From positions 124,001-188,000 of the forward strand of contig NW_027191479.1 of the NCBI RefSeq assembly GCF_011745625.1: a stretch of 64,000 nucleotides of DNA, given 5' to 3'. Within the stretch, counting starts at the first letter, position 1, and every line of letters begins with the position of its first letter. Source of the DNA: Cladosporium halotolerans (Eukaryota). Below are positions 11,001 through 19,810 of the stretch, piece after piece. The notes under the pieces were generated by a model that saw only the letters and a program-made list of their open reading frames with translations, searched no databases and was not told the origin of the DNA. A program made the position numbers and the translations under genes.

Positions 11001-12683
11001 GCAGTCTCCGGCTTTCTCCATGATCTCAAAGCAATGTACGAATGCTGCAAGTTTGGCTCTATGGCCATCGGGTCGGAAGCCTTAGGCGAGATAACAGCTC
11101 AAAGTGCTGACATTGACGCCATCACTTCGGTGACGTCGGACGGTGCCTCCGAGCTATCAATGATGTCGGTCTTCCAAGCTTATGAGCAGGCGTCTGCTGC
11201 ACTCGGCACCGAGCTTGCCTCGATCGCACTGGATGACCCTGGTCGTACCCTTGTGGTTTCCATCATAGACCCTTTTGACTTGACAAGCGGTGAGGCATGG
11301 GTTCGGACCAAGCAGAATTTCAGTGCCTGCTTCTTGCGGCTCTCCAAAGCGTACCACGCGGCAATCGCTCAGCACGCGAAGAAGAGGGGAATCCCCGTCT
11401 CACCGGGTTCCATGAGCGATGTCGATTTCAAAATCTTGCCGATCTCCCTGATAGCGTCGCCTTCAGGCCTTGTAATATCAACTGCGCAACGACTGGCTCC
11501 TCTCGCTCGGGAGATTTACGACCGTTGTCCTCCTTCATTAAAAGAAATTGATGACTCGTCATCGCTCCCGAACATCGCAGCACCAAGCGTGGAACTCGTT
11601 GCGCCCTTGCCCAAGCGCGTAAGCTTTCAGCTCGCCTCCGATCCACCAAAAGATTTGCTTCACGAAGGCAGTGTACTGCACGTCGCGTATGCCCTGAGTG
11701 CAGACGGAGAGTGGGTCAATGTCGCTTGGCACGACAACACCGGCCGATATGCGAAGAACAATTGCTTTGGTCTCCGAGGTCGAAGCTTTGCCGAAGTGGC
11801 ACTGGAGATTTGGGTGCGAACTACACAGCTCATCAAAGCGAGGGAAGTCATCTGGCGCGTCTTCATTGTCGCCACGGGTTCCAACGGCATCGAGACGAGC
11901 TGTGCAAATTGCTGGAAAGATATTATTGCTCAACACACGGACCGCAAGCAGCTCTTGAGCGTCTCACTGCTTCACTTCCAGGCGAGCTTGACCTTGAGCA
12001 TCGTGCCACCTGTTGAGACGGTCGCCCCACCGGGACAAGGCACCGCCTCAGGCGCCCCAACACCCGTCGCAACTCCCCAGCCGGCTAGTGGCCAAGGTGG
12101 TTCCACGAATTCGCCCGATACCAACGGCGCAGGGAACGCTGCGCTTACAGCACCACCGACTCCAGCTCCTAGCGAAGCCGCCTCTAGCATAGTAGAATCC
12201 GATCCAGAAGCACACCTGATCGAGACTGAAGATGAGACGTGGGGCATGCTTCTCGACCGAGACGTTGCTGCGACAATCCAGCCTACGCGCAAATGGATCG
12301 AATCGCCGAATCTCGCGCAGCAACACGACTATGTCGAGGCCCTCTCGCACGGCCTACTCGTCAAGCGCGGAAAGATCAACAACACGTCTGACGGTTCTCG
12401 CGGCGGGCGTCCGTTCCCATGTGCGGCTACGAGCCTTATATGGACGCTGAGGGTGAGACCCAAGAACGAGCGGCAGGGTATTCACGGGGAGAAGGCTATC
12501 GTTGATGAGGGCCATGCGAGGCACGCGGAGGTCATGCTGAGAGAAGTCATGGGCATGTTCAGGAATTTGGCTCTGCTGAGCAAGGTGAAGGGTCTGGACC
12601 CTACTGGACTCGTGCCCGTGCATGTCCTTACTGCGGTGCAGGGCGCGGAGGGCTTGAATGGTTTACTTCGCGGGAGGGTATAG
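8031..12683 (+). CDS. MED13: Mediator kinase-module subunit Med13/Ssn2
   Basis: About 1550-aa ORF with GIYPTPPDG, DDADFNFFDEP, SLSFWESLGLAPVSGGKD, YECCKFG, LAREIYDRCP, LHVAYALSADGEWVNVAWHDNTG and a C-terminal FRNLALL...VPVHV. Confidence 0.9.
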   Translation: MDTLKACTTNVHVINEIGTTPFRQYVCEQPAISATQHVARTIANLREQNLICVARGDQIWLFGVEEKDSDEYLSVGFRLEMQGTFGEQLQASSIEDAPILTAFLEALQGYISHALLCAYAAVKIAEWTWYLPENEEHTAGVVARTRYNFSDECKKLTLVTNVRNFNLATMGQASAPVEISLAPNGLHAVLRPERSSGPTQEDQPDEGTVRFADEEWRSLVCEELASQGLKIPGGVAWVNVVPSGMFQAVSWPALLCLPQRDCDQNDSDAKIDSTDWQHWFQHASAQPASDPLSFAEEWFGTSSHREQDINADDVLENGDLAMDDAVNSHVGNGHTAFDVTSPIANRPDLQALHGIYPTPPDGLAIQSATQTQIQSDNISAPSGDAGTQPGFTPSDPPVEGNPSLFDDGAPIDAHPAQRNHSIVSSVGPQAQDWTRGSPDDLFGDMDDGEYGRDEVDDADFNFFDEPDHDDPKADSGNNGLDTSDVLSSMTEHLGPASKDEQNLLDGGTKDQVQPINTPRTQAKDVTDHVEDQGVQLESSRTKSPARQVENQLAPNKGEEKSSPNLRPKVDMLKPLSPFGIREALLPPPIPASVLHGHQGNGNERRKSGFGPLTFNPAGFSAVQSSNLDYADFKPDDQVLKYESAPTKVPFGMLAESPESPVSSNSFVDTDLDDELESVNGADDSTSMMSYYPRIEGAKAEEDAAFPTRKRKRTLETSAYCGPQSNGTSNAEQSEQNSSRLNASDDTQKGDMRTVLSTLLKKAATEEPAELLSTAKHDQVTPQTVTEFPPDGSEIDMFSPALGATVQPGVQAYSDTDCPDVMLTFPWLSMEEIVILSQMAADQAVTVTKFIERPDLFMGPSESNQESQLLKELAEAFKLGFPTSNTCDIPSLALVREPLQFPRPQPPQTAVSTPSQARHPPRPPPRADTATLGPDILPLNTSHVRIRRGEGMWEMVATSLSFWESLGLAPVSGGKDTRHFCIAPDSSTLALAVSGFLHDLKAMYECCKFGSMAIGSEALGEITAQSADIDAITSVTSDGASELSMMSVFQAYEQASAALGTELASIALDDPGRTLVVSIIDPFDLTSGEAWVRTKQNFSACFLRLSKAYHAAIAQHAKKRGIPVSPGSMSDVDFKILPISLIASPSGLVISTAQRLAPLAREIYDRCPPSLKEIDDSSSLPNIAAPSVELVAPLPKRVSFQLASDPPKDLLHEGSVLHVAYALSADGEWVNVAWHDNTGRYAKNNCFGLRGRSFAEVALEIWVRTTQLIKAREVIWRVFIVATGSNGIETSCANCWKDIIAQHTDRKQLLSVSLLHFQASLTLSIVPPVETVAPPGQGTASGAPTPVATPQPASGQGGSTNSPDTNGAGNAALTAPPTPAPSEAASSIVESDPEAHLIETEDETWGMLLDRDVAATIQPTRKWIESPNLAQQHDYVEALSHGLLVKRGKINNTSDGSRGGRPFPCAATSLIWTLRVRPKNERQGIHGEKAIVDEGHARHAEVMLREVMGMFRNLALLSKVKGLDPTGLVPVHVLTAVQGAEGLNGLLRGRV

Positions 12684-12840
12684 ACTGTGCTGAACAAATT
12701 GTAGCCACCCCGGAAGTTGGGATAGATCGAGGGGAACACTCATAAAGCCATACATTCGCAATTACAAAGCTCCTCCAGCTACACAACCCTCATCCACATC
12801 ACACAACCAAACCATTACAGCACACTGCCTACCCACTTTC

Positions 12841-14095
12841 TCATCCCTCCCGACAAACAACTCTCTCAAACCACTCCCAAACCACCTGATTCTGATACGC
12901 CAGCGCCCCACTAGCACAGTGCGCCGCGGCCCCATTCTCCTCCCCAAACTCAAACAACGTCGCTTTCTCCCCAAATCATCTCCGCCACCTCCCGCGGCTG
13001 GCCCTGGAAAAAGATATCCTTCTGCGCATCGCCTATGAACGCCGGCATCCCGATCTTCCCCGCTACTTCCCCGTCCAAAACGAACTCCTGCGCGCGCTAG
13101 AAGAACTCGAATCCGGATTCCGCCTGGAACGCGAACAGCCCGTGGTCGTGCATCCAGCGCTGCGCGGTGGAGTTGGATAGGAGACTCAGCTCCGCGAACA
13201 GCGCGTCGAAGCGCACTTTATCGCCCGCCGCCCACGCTTCTTGGATCGCAGCCGGCATGCCGGTTAGGAGGCTCGCGTGCAGGGACGAGACGCCGTCGAT
13301 GCAGATGAGCGCTGCGAGGCGGGACTCGAAGGCGGCGGCGCGCGCGGCGAGGTACCCGCCGAGGCTCATACCGAGGAGGGCTATGCGGGACGTGTCGATG
13401 TAGGAGAGGGAGGTGCTGTGCTGGGCGAGGATGTGCGAGACGATGGGGGTCACTACGCGCTCCCAGTCGTGGATGAAGCCCTGGCGAGGTTGGCTTTGGG
13501 GTGGGTGCAGGAAGCTGGGTTGGCCTGGGCCGTTGTAGATGAGGACGCTGTAGCCGCGCTCGAGCACGTCGAAGCCGAAGACGTGCAGGAGCTCTTCCAT
13601 GTTGTTGTCGAAGCCGCCGCCGAGGATGATGAGGGGTTTGGGGCGGGTAGCTGAGGCATCTGGGGTACGGAAGATGTACATGGGGATCTGGCCGAAGGAG
13701 GCTGGGACTTCGATGAATTGCCCTGGGATCGGGAGGTGTGCGTTGGCGATCTTGAAGCATTCCCGCCATGATGAGAAGGCGGACTGGCTGCGTGAGTCGT
13801 TCCATTTGGCGTGCAGGAAGAACTCGGAAACCCAGAAGTAATGACTCGCACGGAAGAAGACGTTTCTGACGGTGACGGGGCTATATTCGCTCAGGCGACT
13901 GGTGTCGATCGTCGACAGAACGCGTTTGGCTAGCCCGGACCATTCGTTGTACCAGCTGTCGAAGTCGCCAGGCTCAATCTGGGGCATGAGGGCGAGTTGC
14001 TCTTGGATGTCAGAGCCGCTGTAGCGGGCTGTACCAAGGGACCTGAGAATCTCGTAGTGGAAGTTCTTGTCGGGATGCAGTTGGAAGTCCGTCAT
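12841..14095 (-). pseudogene. Alpha/beta-hydrolase (2,6-dihydroxypseudooxynicotine hydrolase/FrsA-like), disrupted by an in-frame TAG (13097-13099) and a +1 frameshift (about 12973-12975)
   Basis: GGGFDNNMEEL, YNGPGQ and the GMSLGG nucleophile elbow. After the TAG the frame continues RAQEFVLDGEVAGKIGMPAFIGDAQKDIFFQGQP. Removing one T gives IGEKATLFEFGEENGAAAHCASGALAYQNQVVWEWFERVV to TGA at 12841. Confidence 0.8.
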
Positions 14096-14948
14096 GGTGG
14101 TTTTGATTGCGGTATGGGTTGGGCTTGGGTGGTCGTTGAGGCTTTTGATGCTTATTCGATGAGTTTGTCAGGATGAATCGCTGTTCCCTTTCGTTTGCAC
14201 CTTGGAGTGAGGCCCGGTAGATATATGCTCATGATCGGCCATTCGCTCCCATTGCCGGTCTCCGGGCTGACCGTCGCAGATGTAAAGGTCATTCGGAGTC
14301 GTCCTTTTGCATCGAGGCCGAAGAGCGAGTTATGCCGATACGTCCGCCTAAAGAACGTGTTTATTCTTTCATACGGCCGAAGATGATGGGGCGACTCTTC
14401 GACCGAAGGCTGACACATGTGACTTAGTCACAGTCGTGCAGCAAGATCCATCCATACAGGTGTGTTGTCGGACCGAGCGGACCGCAAGTACATCCTCTGT
14501 ATCCGGTACGTGTAGACCTATCGGTGCCACCTCTTCCTGTTGTGCTACAAGAAGTGGGGCTGACGTTAGCAACAGGACGAAAGCATTGTACTTGCCATAA
14601 AGTGAATGTTGCGATAGATGTTAGCGTGCATCTGCACCGAGTGAGGTTGAAAGGGCTCCAGACTTCGAGCGGACCTTGGGACTCGGAAAGCGAGGGTGGT
14701 ATGTAGGACGTTGTGGAATGTTGTGATGAAAAGGTCGCCGCAGGACCCAATGCGCTCCGACGCCGCGTCGTGCAAGAATATTTCCACGCCTTGGATAAAC
14801 CACGTAAAACCGAGAAGTGATGGCTGCTTGGAATTTCTCAACTTTGCGGTACATTCGAAAACCGCAAGCGATCACTCATCTCATGCTTCATGTATTCCGC
14901 CTTCCGCTTTCCAGTAGTGATACGTGCCACATCAATTCTCAACTCATG

Positions 14949-14956
14949 TATGTACA
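14949..14956 (-). promoter_or_regulatory. Puf3-type element (UGUACAUA) in the SDH3 3' UTR
   Basis: TGTACATA on the minus strand about 100 nt after the SDH3 stop; matches UGUAHAUA. A short motif that may occur by chance. Confidence 0.35.
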
Positions 14957-15057
14957 AAAGAAAATCAAAATCCCAGTTTGCATTTACACCATATAGTTGG
15001 TTATACACCCTCTCCTCCCCATCCATCGATCCACCTTCCCCTCATCTCCTCCCCTCC

Positions 15058-15792
15058 TCACATGAACGCCAAAGCCAACGAGCTAACAACACTCAACCCC
15101 ACAACCGCCCAGCCCGTCTGCTGCACCTGCTTGTTCGTAATCATGCTCGCGGTGTCCCACACAAGATGCCTCAGCCCGTTGAAAGAGTGGTACGTGAACG
15201 GCATCGCGACGGTGAACTTGGCCGCGGCCTTGAGCACCAGCGGCCAGGCCGCGAAGGAGGCCGCCAGCACGCTGCTCTCGAGGTGCCAGCCCAGCGTCGG
15301 CGCGATCAGGTACAGGCCGCCGAAGAGGTAGAAGGCGCCCGAGAGGGCTACGCCCGTCACGCGGTTGAGCGCCGACCCGTACCAGGTTATCTGCGGCTTG
15401 TAGATGCCCAGGTGGGGGGAGACGGGGCGGTTGAGGCGCTGTTTGGCGAGGATTTCGGACGAGGCTTCGTGGTCGGAGAGGGGCTGGGTCGCGGCGTGTC
15501 TTTGCGGGTTGGGTTAGCTGGGGGCTTATTGATGGGTCGGCGGTGCTGGGAGGCGGGCTTTACCTGCGCGGGGCGGCGAAGGAGGTGTTGCCCATTGCGA
15601 TCGCGGCGGGCGCGGCGAACCTGTAGGCAGGCGTCTGGGCGGCCACTGTGCGAGGGTTGGTGGTTAGCCGGGGTTGTTCGTGCTCATGGTGCTGCTGCTC
15701 GCGGCATTGCTCGCTTGCTTGCGCGCAGGCGCAAAGCGAAGGGCCTACTTACGCCGCCTGACGGACTGCTGAGCGATTCTCTGAGCCAACAT
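15058..15792 (-). CDS. SDH3: Succinate dehydrogenase cytochrome b560 subunit (SdhC); introns 15646-15752, 15500-15563
   Basis: Presequence MLAQRIAQQSVRR|L; QRLNRPVSPHLGIYKPQITWYGSALNRVTG; YHSFNGLRHLVWD; three hydrophobic helices. Confidence 0.95.
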
Positions 15793-16898
15793 TATGCCGG
15801 TTGTGCTTCGTAGCGTGGAGAGGAGAGCGGAGGGTGTAGTGAGGTCGTCGTCGTCCCTCGAGTCTGTGATGCTCTCTCCGGACGGCACGCAAGCCCACGG
15901 CCATCCGCCCGAGGTCGCCCGCCGCCCTCGCTTAGCGGACCAATGACGGGGAAGCAGATTACGTTCCCGGGGGAAAAACACAAAACCGACCGCTTCGCGC
16001 ACGCTTTCCTCTCCTCTTTTCTCACACCAAGAACATCAATTCAGCCGCCTGGACAGTACATGAAAGCCGCGGCTGGGGCGAACCGCACCGGCCAGGCGTT
16101 TTGCCTGGCCACCGCACCTCGCCCGCGACACGATTTCGAGACCAAATGTATCATGCATTGCCCGTAGTTAATCGCACATCAGATACCAAGATCTTATGGT
16201 TCGGTGTGTTTCATATCAGGGGAACATTTCTTGCACTTATGAAGTTACCATGTTACTCTATCTTCGCATATCGCTTAGCCTCCTGCCATAGGGAGATGCA
16301 GTTGTGATGGCGATGTTTTCATCTCGTCGCGCAGAATCTCCCTCGGCATGGGGATTTGAAGCGGACATATGCGGACTTCCCACGGAAGAAAGAGAAGCAC
16401 TAGCACCGTCCTTTCGTGCCACGACCCGACGAAAACAGCAAGCTCCAGGCACGAGAGGCCGACAGCCGTCGCCTTATGTTGAGGGTGTCGGTAGGCAGGG
16501 CTCTGTGTGTGCGTGTGCTTGTCCTGGTTAAGTACTAGGTATGTAGGGCTTCGCCTAGGCGGGCAGATTGCAGTCCATAGGTAGCACGAATCGAAATGGC
16601 ATCACTTCTTCATATCCACACCTTCCATCAGGCGTCTCCCTCAAAACGAAACATGACAACTAGACAAGGTCGCAGGAACGAGCTGATTACCACAAAACAT
16701 CATCGTTCATTACCCATCGTCCTCTCCTCTCTCCCCATCAACATCTACATCAAAATCTATACAGCCCTAAGACTCGACCCTCTCTTCTCGGTCTCGATAC
16801 CAAATGCCCGAAACCCCCTCCCCAAGTCGTCCGTCCTTTCCCCTCGCTCGCTCAGACCGCGGTGAGACGGCGCATCGAACGCGTTTCCCCCGGTGCCT

Positions 16899-16917
16899 GA
16901 TATGATATGATATGATA
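16899..16917. repeat. (GATAT)n microsatellite, about 4 units
   Basis: gatatgatatgatatgata. Confidence 0.6.
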
Positions 16918-17656
16918 GAATCCCGCCGCTGTCCGGGGTTCCTTTTCCCTTTTCCCTTTTTAGTGCATTTTCGAGCAGGAACCTGTAGTGGTAAGGTATG
17001 ATATGCTCTTTTGCGCCGTGGCGTCCAAGCCTAGACGCCGAAATTTTGCTATGTGCGGTGGTCACATCTACAATGCTGCAAGCCCGCGCCTCCGTTTTCC
17101 GTTTTGTGTTTAGCTGGGGTTGTTGGTGTTGGTGATGGTGAGAATTGCCCTTTCCGGGCGGATCGTTGGTGAGAAACAAGTGGATGAAAAGATGAGGCGA
17201 AGCGAATCGAAAACAAGCGTCGTGATTCTCGCTGGGAGAAAGAAGTATGAAGGTCGTGAATGGCCGTAGGCGGAGCAGAAGCTGAAGCAGGTGTCACTCC
17301 TCCTCAGCAATGCTACCGCCCAAGCTCGTGCCGAACGTACTGCGGCCCTTGCGCAGTAGCGTCCTAACCGGTCTGTCAGTCACAGAAGCCGGGTGGAGGT
17401 GCCGACCGATAGGATCTGTCGCATGCGGTGGTCCTGGAACTGCGCTAGCGCCGCAGCAGTCTGGACCCTTGGACTGCTGATCTCGCGCGGTGCCGTCTAG
17501 CCCGGTGGAATCGCGCCTGCCTCTGTGGTCGTTGTCGTCATAGAGCGAGTCAGTGGTGCTGGCGAGGGAGGCGGCGGCGGAGACGAAGGCGCTGCTGCCA
17601 GGTTCGGAGGGAGGGAAGGGCGGGTCGTGTTCCCAGCCAAGCAGCAAGCAAGACTC

Positions 17657-19267
17657 CTAGAATACCGTGCCGTCGGAGAGGATCATGATAGGGGGTTCTT
17701 TGGTGTTTGGGCGGGAGACTTCGGCGATTTCGCGGCCGCCCTGGGAGTGTTGTTAGTGTGTGTATTGATTGAGGATTGGGCAGAGGGGTTGTCTTACCTT
17801 CCAAGTGCCCGCTTCAAGCATCTGGGCGAGAGAAAGCTTGTTGTCACCCTGCAGTCCAAGAAGGAGGTTGACCTCCGTCAGGAGCTCGTCCAAGAAGCCA
17901 ACCGTGAGCGCACGCCATTCAACGATGACATCGTCGTCGGCAGTGAACAAGGGCACGACTTCCACGCTGGGTTGCCCTTGGCGCGTAGCGTTCATCTGGT
18001 ATTGTTCAAGCCCCCTCTTTGCGTCTTCAGGCTTGAGCGTGAGCAAGCCGGTATCCACTAGCAATCCGCCGTTGCGGTACTCTGGCAGGCCAGTCATGAG
18101 CTCAACGCCGACGAAGTGTACATTGGCCAGCTTCTGCATGGGAACCATGAGAGAGTAAGTCAGCCACTGAGTCAGCTTATGGAAAGGTACAATGTTCTCC
18201 CAAGGCTGAGTGGGGTGTGAGGGCATAGAAGCGCAAGGCCATGCGTCGCCTAGAGGCTTGCCATCGATTTGCGTACGAGTCGCTGGCCAAATAGTCGACA
18301 GGCCGTCCATGAGAGTCGTCCATAATGTTGGCAGCGGGATCACCGGTACTGACGAGGCGTGGGTGGAAGGATGAGACAGAAGGTAGTCGAGCATGTTTCC
18401 AGGCCTGTTGTCGGGACCGAAGATCTCCTGGTTGAGCAGAGCGTCGGCGAGGCGGATGAGCAGGTTCGTGCGGCCTTCAAGGCCATCAATCGGGTTGTCA
18501 GCCGTCACTTGCAGGCCCTTAGCCATGCGCTCGGGAGTCAACTTCTTGAGACCGGCACTGTCGACCTGACAAGGCTGCTCAGGGTTGCTGGAGAACAAGC
18601 CGAACTTGAACATCTCCAGACTGGCAACCGCCAGACCCTCGCTGCGGCGGTACACCTTGCCGCTTTCCTTCGACTTGTATTGCCATTTGGTGCCGGCACC
18701 GGCGTCGAGGAGGACGGAGACGAGGAAGAGGTCCAGAAGGCGGCGGGTGCGCTCTTGCGGATCGAGGGAGGAGGGCCAGGTGGCCATCAGCTGGTCGATG
18801 CGGGGTCGGCCGCCGACCTCGAAGTGCTGCCACCTGCCGTGAGGTGGGATGCTCGAGTAGTCGTCAAAGTCGCGCTGTGGGAGTGTCAGCCTGAGGGGAT
18901 CGGCACAACAATGACGATCTCGCTATCATACTTTGATGATCGACACAACATAGTTGGCCGTGTCCTGGAACTTGCTCATGTCGACATTGAAGTGACGCAG
19001 CTGGTTCTTCTTGGCCTTCTCCAGTACCAGGTGGCTGCGCTCCCTGACAGCGTAGATACTCCTGAGGTAGCCGGCGGGGTCGAGGTTGGGGTCCGGCGCG
19101 CGCGGGATGGGGATGTGCGGCAGGTTCGCGGTGGCTGCGGGGTTCTTGGACATGTTGTACTTGGTGGGGTTGCCGTTGAGCGCGAAGGTGGAATGGCGGT
19201 GGTCGGGCGAGGAGTCGTGGGTTGCGGCGCGGTTGTTGCTTGCGTTGCGGCGGGAGAAGAAGCCCAT
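17657..19267 (-). CDS. URC4: Uracil catabolism protein Urc4/Urg3 (DUF1688); introns 18875-18931, 17741-17797
   Basis: YLRSIYAVRERS, IPPHGRWQHFEVGG, LFLVSVLLDAGAG, RSEGLAVAS, VPFHKLTQWLTYSL, TGLPEYRNGGL, VEWRALTV, LEAGTWK|GGREIA...SDGTVF*. Confidence 0.92.
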
Positions 19268-19385
19268 GGCGGGCGAGGTGGTATTATGGGCGCCTTGCTG
19301 GGCAGCTGTTATCTCGCCGGCGGCCAGCTGCAGTGCGGGGCGGGTGGGTTTGGGGGGCTCAAGCGCGCGCGCGCGTGACTGGAGG

Positions 19386-19484
19386 TTATCGCGGCGCTGC
19401 AGGGCGGGTGGAGCGGGCGAGGCGAGGGTCGGAGGGGAGGGCGAGGCGGCGGCGGCGGTGGTGGCGGAGGTGTGCGAGCGACAT
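19386..19484 (-). other. Candidate uORF (MSLAHLRHHRRRRLALPSDPRLARSTRPAAPR) in the URC4 5' leader
   Basis: ATG 19484 to TAA 19386, out of frame with the main ATG and ending about 120 nt before it; transcription start unknown. Confidence 0.35.
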
Positions 19485-19724
19485 GAAGAGGGCGGAGGGG
19501 AGCAGAGGCGGCGGTCGTTGGGCGGCGAGCAGTCGACGCCTAAGTTAACGCTCGCACGCAGCAGGCGCAAAGGCTGGAGGGGGGCTCGGTGGGCGGGTGG
19601 GTGGGCGTGCGGGCTGCGGGTGGTGCCTGGCGCTGCGGGAGGAGGGAAGATGAGCCGCGGCCGCGGCCAGGGCTCGCTCCGGCGTGAAGACGGGAGACAC
19701 AACAGCCAATGGGCGGCGCAGGCG

Positions 19725-19810
19725 TGCCTGAGGTCAGGTACTAGCCTGAGGTACTGACGGGACTAGCCTGAGGTACTGGAGGGACTAGCCTGAGGTACTG
19801 AGGGTGCTAG
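19725..19810. repeat. 22-bp-period tandem array: 3 exact copies of ACTAGCCTGAGGTACTG plus a partial TGCCTGAGGTC
   Basis: Copies at 19740-19756, 19762-19778 and 19784-19800, separated by 5-bp ACGGG/GAGGG; partial copy at 19725-19735. Confidence 0.9.

Noticed and set aside
19725..19810. CRISPR-like repeat-spacer array
   Set aside because: Eukaryotic context, 17-bp units with near-identical 5-bp linkers, no cas genes; it is a minisatellite.
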